Shown here: piece after piece, positions 1 through 14,538 of the stretch
Layout: every line of letters starts with the position of its first letter
How positions within the stretch are numbered: the stretch's first letter is position 1
Position numbers and translations under genes: made by a program
The notes under the pieces: model-generated
Database searches by the model: none
Seen by the model: the letters and a program-made list of their open reading frames with translations, nothing else
Told to the model about the DNA's origin: nothing
NCBI GenBank assembly: GCA_013115145.1
Contig: JAAPAO010000104.1
Location: 1-64,000 of the forward strand
Source: Perkinsus chesapeaki ATCC PRA-425
Lineage: Eukaryota; Protista; Perkinsozoa
Direction of reading: 5' to 3'
Length of the DNA: 64,000 bases

Positions 1-143
1 TCTTAACATAAATCTCGCTCGCCTGTCGAAATAGAAGTTACTATTGTCGAAATAGGCGTTGAAAAGGTGTAGAAGCCTTCTAGTGGAAACAACTTCGATC
101 AAGGGTCATTAAAAGTCTGTTGTTCGACAGTGGCGAGTTAAGT

Positions 144-554
144 ATGTTCTTCTTCTCCACAACCCTTTACTTGGTTGTTCTGATAAGTCACGCTGAGTAC
201 CCCGACGGTGTGTTTAAAGGTGAAGTCTCTGACCCTTATTTGTTCATCGACATCACGTTCCACGAAGATGTTCCCACTTCTTGGGTATTCATCGAGGTGA
301 AATGTTCAAGGAATACCACCCATCCTCCTAACAGCATATTTGATATTGAAGACTCGGGAGGCTCACCCAAGAAGTTTGAGATCACTGGTGACACTGACGA
401 CTACGACAAGATGATATTTGACTTAAATGTTCTGTGCAACCGCAATTACCAGTCCGGCGACTTCGCCCAGTTTACGGAGGTTACTCCGAACAAGACCTAT
501 AATGTGAAGGTCAAAGACAGCCAGGTTGCCGTCACCAAAACTACTCAAATGTAA
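144..554 (+). CDS. Intronless hypothetical protein with a predicted signal peptide (lineage-specific secreted type)
   Basis: ATG at 144 gives MFFFSTTLYLVVLISHAEYPDGVFKGE..., a hydrophobic N-terminus followed by a beta-rich-looking domain. Stop at 554. No family recognised. Confidence 0.55.
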   Translation: MFFFSTTLYLVVLISHAEYPDGVFKGEVSDPYLFIDITFHEDVPTSWVFIEVKCSRNTTHPPNSIFDIEDSGGSPKKFEITGDTDDYDKMIFDLNVLCNRNYQSGDFAQFTEVTPNKTYNVKVKDSQVAVTKTTQM

Positions 555-1094
555 GCTTATGGTATGCACACCTTCGAGGGTTCCTCATCTTTCAACGTTG
601 GTGCTAGGTAGCCTACATGCATCTCATTTTGCTGGTAGCATGTAGCTGACCGCAAGTTGTCAAGTAGCAGTATTCAGAATTACAGGTGATACGATAGCTC
701 CCGAAATGCCCCATAGAATTATTCTGTTATCAGGTAATAGGCAACGATGGTCTATAATTTTCATAGATATGACTGATCATTTTCCGACGAGCCATTTTAT
801 TGTCAGAGCAGTCAAATATCCTGTGTTTAGTTTTATAAGTAACCCAAAGCTAGCACGAATCCGAAACACTATCTGGTCTGTTGAAATATCTCAACTGAGA
901 GACCAACAGATAACATTCAAGGTTCCGTGGTTGTCGCTGTGTTCCATTCTGGTTGATGGCATACATGTGACCCTTGAACGCGACTCAAACTTTGTATGTC
1001 AAGTCTTGACAGTCAAGAAATACATCTTTCCCTACCATGGGCTATGCTTCATAAGTAATGGACTTCCCAATGCCTCATGGAATCGTCCTCGCTA

Positions 1095-3834
<2,740 letters not shown>

Positions 3835-3907
3835 TCGCAAATGCCCCAACTACTGGCGTTAAGTCTCGTCAATGATAGAACACAAAACACTTGTGGATAG
3901 GAAAGGT

Positions 3908-6575
3908 CTAACGGACAGTCATGCCAAATGAAGTCGATGAGAAGGCTCGTTGAGGTGCGGCTGCGACCAAGATCGACGACTGTGATGCGGATTCTGAGAA
4001 GACAGGCCTCAAGAATGCCGGGGCTAGTCGGGGTGGCGACTGTCGAGTGGGAGTTCCGTTATGGAACTTCCGTAGATCACCTTGAATCGGCGGGAAGATA
4101 TTCCAGAACCGAAGCGTTTCATCCCCAGCTCCAGTGACCACAGTCTGGCCGTCTGGTGAGGCCGAGAGATATAGCACTCGCAGTGTATGCCCGGTCAGAG
4201 TGACGACCTGATTAAAGGCTGCGTTCGCCGGCCAGAACGAAGCCCAAATACCTTGCGCATGCTGGGGTACTTCCACACAACGACCTGGTTTAAGGAATAC
4301 CCGTGCGTTGAGACGACTTCGTTGACACTCTTAGCCCACCTCAGATTGCAAACTTGCGATCCTGAACAACGTATTGGCCAAGAAGGTGCAGGACTCAGGA
4401 ATGCATGCTACCTGTATCAACGCAATTGAGGCAAGTGCCGGTATGAGTATCCCAGAACCGAATACAACGGTCTGCGGTCCCACCACCAGTCGCCAACGTA
4501 TGATGCTGATGTGGCGACCATGCCAGTGCCTGGAAGAGGTGAAGCCCAGAGGGACTTCTAGTGAAGAAATTGGTGCACCTTCACGGCTGCTTGGTGATCT
4601 GCCAGCCTCAGAACGGGTGAAACTCTACCAGACTCATCCTGCGACCAAATAGAATGGGAGACTCATAAAGTAAATTCTGTGAAGAACTCACATCTGCAGC
4701 ACTTCCGCTTGGCATCATAGATGAGCTCCATGTAAGGACCTTGTTATCGTTGCCACCGCTCGCCAGCATCGACCCGTTGAATGACCAGCTCAAACCACAC
4801 ACCTGACGCCGAGTGAAGAGCATCCTGCTAGATACAGCTGGAAGCTGACCTCCTGGCGGTGACCGATGAGCTTGTCTACATTGTGTCCAGGTGATCGTGT
4901 ATCTCTCAGCAATATCGAATGATCCCTCCCTCCAGTTGCCAGCCGCGACCCGTTCCAAGCCAGTGCCCCGACCCTTCCGCTGTGTCCAGCTGTGTCGCAT
5001 ATCTTTTCGCACTAGGGAGAAGACAGGGGAATGACTACTACCAAGTGGCATCCCAGCTAAGTACCTTAACAGGGTCCCAGATCTGAACTTCTCCCTTCCC
5101 TGTCCCGACCGCCACAGTATTTCCCTAAACCAAGAAACCCTTACTGTAGGACCCAGGAAGGGTTATTAAAGGGGCATGTAAGGGAGACACGAAAATATCG
5201 TGATGAGACGCACGCACGCCAAAGGTCGTGCCGCGCGGCTCATAACGGAAACCACATTCCACGGCTCCATGCATGGTCGATGTTTCACTCGACGAATAAC
5301 CATTCAGATATAAACAAAACACCCACCGTGGGGCTCGAACCCACGACCACAAGGTTAAGAGCCTTGCGCTCTACCGACTGAGCTAGACGGGCTACATGCA
5401 CCAGGTTCCTAGCCGTCATTAATTGCCGTAAGAAAGTGGTTCTACTTCTTGATTCCAAGCCACACTGGCAACCAAGTCATCTTCAGGAACATCACAGAGC
5501 TGAGTGACTGCGCCAGTTGTTGGACACCACAAGAAAACTGTCTTCGCCAGTCCGACAGCAAGGAGGTTGCACGCCCTGAACAGACATTTCAGGAGTCCTA
5601 TCATCATCTTTTAACCCGAACCGCAGACTCACCCCCAGTCCACAAGATTCAGGTAGAAGTCATCCTGCAAGTTCGGTGCATCGAGAACTTTCGCTGGCGA
5701 CTGAAGCGAAAATGCAGCATGAAGTGCGAGTGGCAGTCGAGTTGTATCAACTCACTCGAGAGATCTTTCTAAGGGGTTCGGAATACGTCTGAGTCTTCCG
5801 GGCGTTATGGCGGACTGGGTGGAGCTCCTTGGCGTCGCACAGATATTCAGATTCGATCTGAATAACAATCACATATATGAACGAGCACCAACCTCAGTAA
5901 ACAATATGGGAGCTCTCTCTCATCCACACATCCTCGACACAAGAAGACAATTCCTTACTATATGTCCGAATTGGCTGCCTGTTACCGTCCCAAAAAGCGA
6001 CGGTTTCCCTAAGGACGCCCTGTGGCCTTGAGGCGATCCGTCCTGACTGACATTCGAACAATAATTGCATAAGCATTTGCTCATTTCTGGTACTTATATA
6101 CTATGTTCCGTGCAGTGGGAGTTAGAGATGAGGCGTCCTCAGAGTTACCCGCCATGTCCGGGGATAAATCGAAGTCGAGCAGTTCGGAGCATAGCGCTTG
6201 CATATAGGACTCTCGCGATGCTTCTGGAAGTAACCTCATTGAAGCGAACAGAGATTAGAGAGTCACTCCCCACCTGCCCGCATGTTTTGAGCGTCTGCGG
6301 CCGAGTGCCCCACCGACTGAGGAGAGTCAAAGAAGCCAGGTATTGGATAAACTTACTTGCCTTGCCGCTTCGTTCCTCCAGAAGGCGCCGTTGCGGTAGA
6401 GCGTTCCGAGAAAGTTAAAAGCCGACTGAATTTATACGCTATTGCACAAAAAGTATCCATGGCTGACCTGGAACTCTTGCGTATCCCCAGAGACAGGTGG
6501 AACCTGGTGGGAGAACATCGATTGTCGTCCTCGGCCGGCTCGATTAGAGGGAGCCATGAGAGTGGTTGCTGGAGC
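3908..6575 (-). CDS. Cdh1/Fzr (Cdc20/Fizzy family) APC/C activator, WD40, multi-exon; 5' end uncertain
   Basis: Exons give RKISR|[28 protein letters not shown]|[33 protein letters not shown] and [31 protein letters not shown]-terminus ...MTVR*. Confidence 0.88.
5320..5392 (-). tRNA. tRNA-Lys (CTT), inside an intron of the Cdh1-like gene
   Basis: Reverse complement is GCCCGTCTAGCTCAGTCGGTAGAGCGCAAGGCTCTTAACCTTGTGGTCGTGGGTTCGAGCCCCACGGTGGGTG. It is 73 nt with a cloverleaf, A/B boxes and anticodon CTT, followed by a TTTTGTTT Pol III terminator-like run. Confidence 0.95.
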
Positions 6576-6615
6576 CCTAGGATAACACGAAATATGCTAG
6601 TTACGGCCACCGAAC

Positions 6616-7217
6616 TCAAAGCGTTAGGCAGCACATGAATGATAACAGCTTGCTTCGACGGGTGGTGCATGTCTTAACAGCGAACGGCAAGAGTAAGATT
6701 GTAGAGAGCTCGGCTTGCTGAACGGGCAAGTTTCCCTGAGCTCCTAGGAAGATGAGCTGATAGCAAACCACAAGAGGTACGGAATAAACCTGGCTTACTC
6801 GTCCATGGAGGGTCTGCAGGGCCAATAGTGGGCCGATTCACCATCAAATATCTGACCGCGCACACTACAGAGCCAACGCGTTGCCTACAATGACCGACTT
6901 GCCACCTGAGCCACTTGAGAGCCCTAGCGGTGGTCGGTGCAGTTCAGAGTCGGGGTGAACATGAGCAGGCCCCGCGACATACCTGGAGGTCCAGGGGTAG
7001 GAAAGAAGAGACAAGAGCTCACCGATGGGATACGTCAGCTCGAACCGTCTCCTCGGGGTTAAGCTTGGCGATGTGCTTGAGGGCATCCTCGAGTACTCGA
7101 GAGACCTCAACAGCTCTGTGCGCAACATACTGACAACATCGATGTGGCGAGGAGGCTAGAAATGGGCACCTGACTCTGGAGATGTGCGCTCTGTGAGGCA
7201 CTATTGGCGGCCCTCAT
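6616..7217 (-). CDS. Hypothetical multi-exon protein (could instead be the extreme 5' part of the Cdh1-like gene)
   Basis: Four GT-AG introns of ~40-55 nt keep the frame from ATG 7217 (MRAANSAS...YVAHRAVEVSRVLEDALKH...) to a stop at 6616. No homology recognised. Confidence 0.35.
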
Positions 7218-7485
7218 CGAGGCGAGCGTAACTAGGCCCTTAGTTCCGGACTCGGTGAGATCGATTCCCATAAACACACTGCATAGTTGAGTTCAGCAGA
7301 AGGCAAGCAAGAACACAAGCTCTAAGTTGTTAAATGAAATACCGGATTCCCGACTTGACACGAGGACCACGGTGACAGGCAACAACATGCAATAGTTGCA
7401 AGGTTCTCTCAGAGGCCTTAGTGGGAAGCGAGGGAGGCTCAGGTTTACCGGTTTCATGATGGACTGAGCAAAAGAACCTTATAGC

Positions 7486-8070
7486 CTAATGAATGGAGGC
7501 TCTCTCACCGGTGCTCTTCACGTGATGGTGATAGGTTTCGTTATGGTGTAGGCCGAGATGCTCCGGGCGATGCAGCTCCATCAAGGCTCGCATGTCAACC
7601 ACGCCAGACTCGGGATTCAAAACAAGATATCTGAACATTAGCTGTTTCTAAGCTGGCAGCTTGAAGCTGCTCCAGTGCAGCTACCCTTCCTCGTAGGAGT
7701 GTCTACCAGGTGAATCGGTGAGCGGGAGTCTCAGCATCTCCTCTGGAGTTTCACTGAAATGGTGCTCGTGTAGATACCTGCAACACCGTAGTCAGCAGGC
7801 GGTTGACGTATAACAAATCACTTGGCTCGCGCTGCATCGAATTCCACTGGAGCTACTTGGCTTAGTTTATTTAGAAGCTTCAGTGCATGCTGTGCGGAAT
7901 TCACAGCGCTGTGGGCCTGCAGCTGAGAGCCGCACTGTCGCTTGGTCACTGCGTAATGGCCTAACCTGGCTTTTAAAGGCCGCGTTACCAGCGGCATACG
8001 ACGCTATTTTCACCAGATCCGGGGACTGGAGCCCATATTTCGGATCATCGAAGAGCAAAGTCTTGGTCAT
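7486..8070 (-). CDS. Hypothetical multi-exon protein
   Basis: MTKTLLFDDPKYGLQSPDLVKIASY..., YLHEHHFSETPEEMLRLPL... and YLVLNPESGVVDMRALMELHRPEHLG...* are linked by short GT-AG introns. Only the last junction was checked for phase. Confidence 0.45.
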
Positions 8071-8192
8071 AGAGATACACCGAAGTACGCCATCACCACA
8101 CCAGCTGCGGTTGCAATTGACAACAAGGCTACTATTGCGCTGAAACATAGCTTTTTGGTAGAGTACAAAACACGTAATGTTACTGCATATCC

Positions 8193-8607
8193 TCACGAGT
8201 CGAGAGCCTCATCGTAGCTCACGTGCCGAGACGTCTTACCTTGATAAAATGATGGAGTATTAAACATTAAAGGCTGCTGCTGCCTGCAGTGCTCACATCC
8301 CGGCTCTTGTGGATCCTCAGACCCACAACAGTCCCAGAACAGCGCTTTATAGTCATCGCCGTCGACATTTCCTGAAGGGCTCGATGAAACTGCCAAGGCC
8401 TTCGCCCTACCGTAATATCCTAGGTCGTCGCTATCCCACACCCAAGCATCTCGTTTCCGCTCATTGGGGTGCCACCGACATACAAATTGCTTAGGATGGT
8501 ACCGACAAGACTGAGCTGGAGTCTTCCGTGTTCGACCACAGTGGAACTACCGTGTCGGTGTTCTCCATATTATCATAAGTTCTCTGGCACCTTTGACAAA
8601 TGGGCAT
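8193..8607 (-). CDS. Small Cys/His zinc-binding protein (Btk-type zinc-finger-like)
   Basis: Spliced pattern CQRCQRTYDNMEN...VCRWHP...WDCCGSEDPQEPGC...HVSYDE. Confidence 0.65.
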
Positions 8608-8733
8608 AGACTTCCGAGTGAAAGGGTCGGGCCTCACGTAACTCCATAACTCACAACTCGACATGATGGCAAAGTCTAGAAACGCCGCAGCTAGCATTCT
8701 CGCCCTTGCACTATGCATGAAATGCAGCCATCT

Positions 8734-9900
8734 TCATAGCCGGTGATCAGCCTCGCTGTACTCCTTCGGAATGAAACATTTATTGGCCTTGCTGAGCTCA
8801 TTCCGCCGGGTAATGCTGGTGCCGGCTTCCTCTCGCTGAGCCATCAACTCCTGAGGCGAAGGGAACAAGGGGTCATCTAGGCTGACGAAAATGTGCTTCT
8901 CAGATATCTCAAAGTGCTCCACTGCTAAAAGGAAATTCTGCTGGAAAATACGTTCCTGGACCAGAAAAAAAACATCAACTGGATTCCTCCTGGGAACATC
9001 TGGCATTCCTTTTAGGTATCCTACAAGGGAACCACTCGTGCAGCATTTGAACTACCCCACCACAGCTCTCGGGACAGCCGACGATCACATTTCAACAGGC
9101 AATGCTCAACAACAGCTGAGACGCCCCAACGGACTTACCCGCATCCGATTGGCCACAAAATCGGAAGTCTCGTACTTCTTCACACAACGTCGCATCTTCC
9201 ACGCAATCGGCTTGCACTTCAACAAACTTAGATATCTGTCCGTCACGCAGTCGACGTACTCGTCGATCTCCGGCCTGATCAGAGTCACCTCAGCCCCTAC
9301 CCATCGAGGCCAGCGTATCAAAACTCGGAGAAGGCACCTACCGGCATTTTGCGCGGATCTCTGCGCCGATGATCTTCGTCACTTCAGCCTCCTCTGCTCT
9401 CTCAAGCATGACGGCTTCTCGCACCTCAGCGTAAGGAATCCGTCTCATTCGATTTTCCCTACAGATCAGTCGAAGCCGAGCTCCCACCACGGAGACTCAC
9501 CGGAGTTGCTCTTGAGTGAACTTTGGCAGGGAGTCTTGAGACAAGTACTCTAGGGGCTCGACAACAGGCTTGGGCGGCTCCGGAAGTTCGTTTGAGAACT
9601 GCTGCTCATCAGGGTACTCCGGAAAGTCCTCTTCCGGCAGTGTGTGCTCGTATTGTCCTCTTTTCTCACCCTAAAAACACTTTAACAGAAAACGAGGTGA
9701 TGCGTTAATCGCCGCCGTTCTCGACGATAAAGCCATAACGGTCGTCTTATGCTTATAGCTGCTGTTAGAGAGAACCGTGAGAGCATCGATGTGATTTGGC
9801 AGCAGCCGGAAACACTCGAAAGCTGTCTTACCGGCAACCGAATTTGTGGTCCTTGATTGTGGGAATGTAGCTCAGTTGGCTCCACTGGGATTGCCCAGGG
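8734..9900 (-). CDS. Cmc1-like twin CX9C mitochondrial intermembrane-space protein, multi-exon; 5' end uncertain
   Basis: Splicing TGC CG|G CCG gives AEIRAKC-RPEIDEYVD-C-VTDRYLSLLK-C-KPIAWKMRR-C-VKKYE, i.e. two CX9C motifs spaced as in Cmc1. Confidence 0.6.
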
Positions 9901-10330
9901 CGAGTGCCCCATGAAGAAGCTCGCCATAATAAAATGTCAAAACAGGATCCCAATACAGGATCCCCGGACTGTCGCAAATGCCCACAGCGAACGCATACAA
10001 AAGATACCGTGCATACCAATACAACAAGGACGCAATACAGTACAGGTTCAGGGCCATGCTGTAGGACTATACTATCATAGGACACGCCCTGCTCCCAACG
10101 ACAATAACAATAAAGAGAAGAAGACTGCTACAGCTCTCTGTACGCACTTCAGTAGGATAGACTGGGCACAGAACTATCGGCGGCTATAGTGGAAAAACAC
10201 AAAACGCTAGGAATTCACCTACGAAACTTCATGCCCGAAAGTCATGTACACCGAGCTGCAGCACAGCGGGCAACTTGAAGCTCTACCCGCAGTCTCGAGA
10301 CACCCTCTGCATGGTCAGCCCGCCTATCCT

Positions 10331-12480
10331 CTAGAGTGGCATTGATGGACTCTGTGCGATGTCGCAGCTGAATCTGCTGCAGCTCCAGCCCGGCGACCTG
10401 CAGTGGGCAGCATGCCCGACAACGGACACCGGGAAAAATACTCTCTCTCGGAGCGATTGCATAACGTCCTCGAGTGCAGCCCGCTCGAGCCCGGCAGCTT
10501 TGACGGTTTCACAACGCGAATCAGCCCGTCGTCGCAGCGTCTTGAGCCGTAGAGAAAGATCGAGTATCTTCCACAAGCGTAGCACCAGACGACAGAGAGC
10601 GAAGCACATCTTTATTCCGTTGTTGAAGTGCCTTCTGGAAATCCTCCTTGCTTGGATCAACCAACCGTTCCACACTGAGCGTCGAGTACTCGTCCATCAG
10701 CGCACCGAGAGCCTCCTGAACGCGTGTGGTTAGTCAGTTTGCTTTCTGACAAGACCAAGATGTCCTACTTCCCAACCTCCTTACCTCTTCCCTTCGCAGG
10801 GATCTAGCCAGCTCCTTCGAGCTATGTTCCTTATTTTTCTCGGCGGCCTCAAGAATTTCACGCTCGAGTCGATCTATCTGCTTGGCTTGGAATCTTATCT
10901 GAACACGTATTATCTATTTCATCCAACGCTACTCCATCGGCGACCTCTCTTTGCATGTCGCCGATCGGTTCCAGCTGCCGCTCAAGTTTTCCTATTTCCT
11001 TTCCGAGCTGCCGGCCAGCCTCCTCAATATCCTTCAAGCGCCCTTTCACTGCCTTATACGCCTACGGAGAAAGATACCAAATGAGGTCGAATGCATCCTT
11101 CCCATCATCCCGGCTCACCCCGATTCCGTCCCTCATGCATCGCAGTTCATGACACATCTGAAAACAACGTCCCGAAAGATTCTCCGCAGCATGCCTCCAT
11201 TTGCCATGTATCAGCCGTATGGCATCAAAGCCACCGACGCCCTCGACAATACAGTCCACATCCAACTCAGTAAGGCAGACTGGCGGTCGAGAAAGCTCCG
11301 CTAGCCTCTCCTGACAAGCCATCAATGACGCTGCCGTGATTATTCGTGAGAGTTTCTCTCCTCTGGATGAGTTAATCAGTCTATTCAGTTACTTCCTAGA
11401 TATGTCCCGTACCAGCTCAAGCCCTGTCTCGGTCAAGTGCACATACCCGAAGCTCTTGTTGTGCCTTCTCAGCGCTTACGATCTCTCTCTTTATCGCCGC
11501 CAATTGCTCTGTCTTCTCCTCAATGTTCTCCTCCAATAGACGTAGTTCATCCCACGACACAGGGCAGTCAGGTAACGCACTGCACCTGCACGAGCTCCCC
11601 GGTATAACTCAAAGTAGCGTCTACAGTGCTGTCCAGCTCTGGCTTCCCGACCCATCCCCCTCAACAAAGTGCCTGTGTGCCTCCGCCCACGGTATCGTCC
11701 TCGCTGCCAAGCAGGCTGCATCATCAACATCAACCGCCGTCCGCAATACAAGACGAATGATGCAATCCTCTAAACCTAACTCGACCCACTGTAGGGCAGC
11801 CGAGGGCTCGGGAGCCAACCTCGTTGCATGTGGAGATCAACGCTCATGGTAGAGCCTGACAGCACTTCAGCAATAGGTACACTGGTCGACCTCGGCACCA
11901 AGCTCGTAAAACTTCCCGAAGCGGCCTGAATGCGGTAACATCGATAAGCGGATAGCTAACCTACTACTGCCAGCTCAGCAAGGCTCTTCCCCTCACAGAA
12001 GTTCCTATCCACCAGTCCGTAGGAAATACACAGGCCATCGTCCCCAGCCCAACCCTCATACACAAGCGAACACCTGCGGGCTTTCATCGAGAGCATCTCA
12101 ACTAGCAGGGTGCTGCCTAACTTGCCGCCTTTACAGAGCTCCATTAGCCCAATCTCCACAGGCACCTCAGCACTGTTGACGATCGAACAGACCAGAAGGT
12201 ACTCCTGAATGGAGCCACAATTCTACTTGTCCGTCTGCTGGCCATCGTATCTCCGCACTAGGAATTTTTTCAATCCCCGAGCAAGACAATGCTGTGAAGG
12301 TGACATAACCCCCTCTCCCCACCCACTTCAGCTTTTGCCAAATCCGTGCTGAAGACGCCTATACAGAGCCTCACTGCCGACAACCCGTCGAGGGAATCAC
12401 CGCTGATATGACTTGGAGCAATTTCGCCTGGTCCCCTGATAAAAGAACCGCATCCCATACCTTGCCACACTAACAACCAA
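10331..12480 (-). CDS. Hypothetical coiled-coil protein, multi-exon (may be more than one gene)
   Basis: A series of minus-strand open exons with heptad-like segments (KGRLKDIEEAGRQLGKEIGKLERQLE; LEENIEEKTEQL). Full structure not resolved. Confidence 0.4.
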
Positions 12481-12530
12481 ACACCCATCAAGCACTGAAA
12501 TTGCCTTCACTGATATTATTGAAAAAATAG

Positions 12531-13863
12531 TTAAAGTTTTCCGGCCAGCGCCATCTTGTACTGGCCGTTCGCCTGACGAACCGCCAAGTCCAACATGATT
12601 TCCTCCGAGCCGCCGGGGATAGCCAGGGCACGCACATCCCTATAGAGCCGCTCCACTACTTCACCAAGGCCACTGCGAGTGTACGCATTGCCTCCGAAGA
12701 TCTGTGATGCCTCGCGTGCACAATACTCGAACATCTGAAACGGCCAAAGATTCTTCAGAGGTTAAAAGTCGCCTTACCTTAGTGCAGTGCACCTTACACA
12801 GTGCCAGCGGCCCGCCCAACATGAAAATTGCTTCCTTGGGCGGCATGGTACAGAGCTGATGCGTAAGGCTCTCCATCCAGCCTTGAGCTCCTTCTATTTG
12901 CCGCGCCATCTCCGCCAGCTTCCACCTTATAACAGGATGCTCTATCAGAGGCTTACCGAATGTCTTGCGCTTCTGAGCGTACTTGAAGGACACGTCATAG
13001 AGCAAGCGGCTGAATCTGACAGCCTGGACCACAAAGCCCCAACGCTCGTGGTTGAAGTTGTACATGATAACCTTGAAGCCTTCGTTCTCTTTGCCCACTA
13101 TATTCTCCACAGGCACCTTCACATTGTTGAACTCAACGAAGGTAGTGCCGCTTGACCAGACGCCTTGGCAATCCATCTGCCTCACTGTAACGCCTGGACC
13201 CTTCGGAATAAGAAGAACCGATATTCCGTTCATCCCATCAGGACCAGTGCGGACTGCGGTTGTGAAGTAGTCAGAGAAAACACCGTTTGTTATCCATTTC
13301 TTTTCACCGTTCACGATGTAGTGCTTGCCGTCCGCCGTCAACTTGGCCGTAGTGCGGATGCTGGCCACGTCGCTGCCAGTGTGGGGCTCTGTAATGGCAA
13401 GAGAGATGAAGTTCTCCCCTCTCAGGCAGGCTGGAACCACCTTATCTCGGATATGCGGTTGACAGAAGTTCATTACGGGCGTGAGGCCAATAGAGTATCC
13501 GACAATCAGACCACCAACAACTCCTCCACTGCCACACCTCGAGAGCTCGTCCAGCAGAATCAGCTCGTGGAAAACGTCATAATTAGCCGGCTTAGGGGCC
13601 ACAGAGGAATCCACAAAGTCAAAACCGCGTTCGCCAACAACACAGGGCAAAAGTCCAGCCTTGTAGAGCTTCTTGTAGACTTCGACGGGAACCTTCTTGG
13701 CCTCCTCCCAATCCTTCACGTTCGGAATTATCTCTGCATCAACAAATCTTCGGCATCTTTCACGCCACGCACGATGACTCTCGTTGTAGTAGGGCGAGTC
13801 GTGATCACCGCGGTACCAACTGGGCTCACCGTAGGGTACCAAGCTGCCGAACGGTGGGGACAT
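12531..13863 (-). CDS. Acyl-CoA dehydrogenase
   Basis: MSPPFGS... start at 13863. Motifs LAITEPHTGSDVA, NGEKKWITNG, FNHER and QIFGGNAY...LYRDVRALAIPGGSEEIM. Single 43-nt intron at 12735-12777. Confidence 0.95.
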
Positions 13864-13943
13864 TGTGTGGTTGAGAAAGATACTATATAGGTTAACATTG
13901 TCGACCATTCTTGTTACACTACCGTATTGCTACATTCTGAAGT

Positions 13944-14386
13944 TCAAAATTTGAACCACCCAAACTTCTCTAAAAAAGCTGCACTTTTAACTCTCCCCAC
14001 GCCCCATAACGCCAGAGGCACGTATTCGCTCAGCAGGGGGAGTTCACGGTTGGTCAGCACATGGCCAATTCTAACCCGAAACGGCTCTCCAGTTTTTTGG
14101 TATTTTCTAAATGAATCTACCTTTGAGTCCAAGATTTGCATCTTGAAACATTTAGTCCAACTCTTTTGGTTAAAAAGTTGAATATCGAAGATCATATTTG
14201 ACATATTCGGAATACGCGATATATAGAGTGCTGGCAGCACTGCGCTGCCAGAAAAGCATTAATGCAATTCTGGCCCTGCCACGAGACAACATAGTTAGGA
14301 AAATGCAAGTGGCTCGAGTTGCGCAAGAATTCGATTCCTTTATCAAAGGCCGCTTTTACTTTAAGCTCATCCAATCGGTCCTGCAA
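13944..14386 (-). CDS. Possible hypothetical gene or remnant next to the strand-switch region
   Basis: Two overlapping AT-rich open frames (64 aa and 98 aa). No family recognised. Confidence 0.3.
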
Positions 14387-14495
14387 TTTTGAAGCCCAAG
14401 TACCACTTGAAGAATATCTATTCTGTAAATTCCAGTTCTTGCATTGACCTTAGTCTCTCCGCTTTCTGTTGAGTAATCTGGCATCATCTGAGTTG

Positions 14496-14521
14496 CCCCC
14501 TTTTTTTCTCTTTTCCCCGAG
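14496..14521 (+). promoter_or_regulatory. Polypyrimidine tract + AG just upstream of the first ATG of the plus-strand block (candidate SL trans-splice acceptor)
   Basis: CCCCCTTTTTTTCTCTTTTCCCCGAG ends 17 nt before ATG 14539. No upstream donor or exon is evident. Confidence 0.4.
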
Positions 14522-14538
14522 TTCGACACCCCTTAACC

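Noticed and set aside
6145-6180. LRFIP as a Cdc20/Cdh1 C-box
   Set aside because: It is in a different frame from the one giving the Cdh1-like [10 protein letters not shown]...RNIVYK and is followed by a stop.
8891-9553. 220-aa plus-strand ORF
   Set aside because: Antisense shadow of the spliced Cmc1-like gene.
13165-13890. 241-aa plus-strand ORF
   Set aside because: Antisense shadow of the acyl-CoA dehydrogenase.
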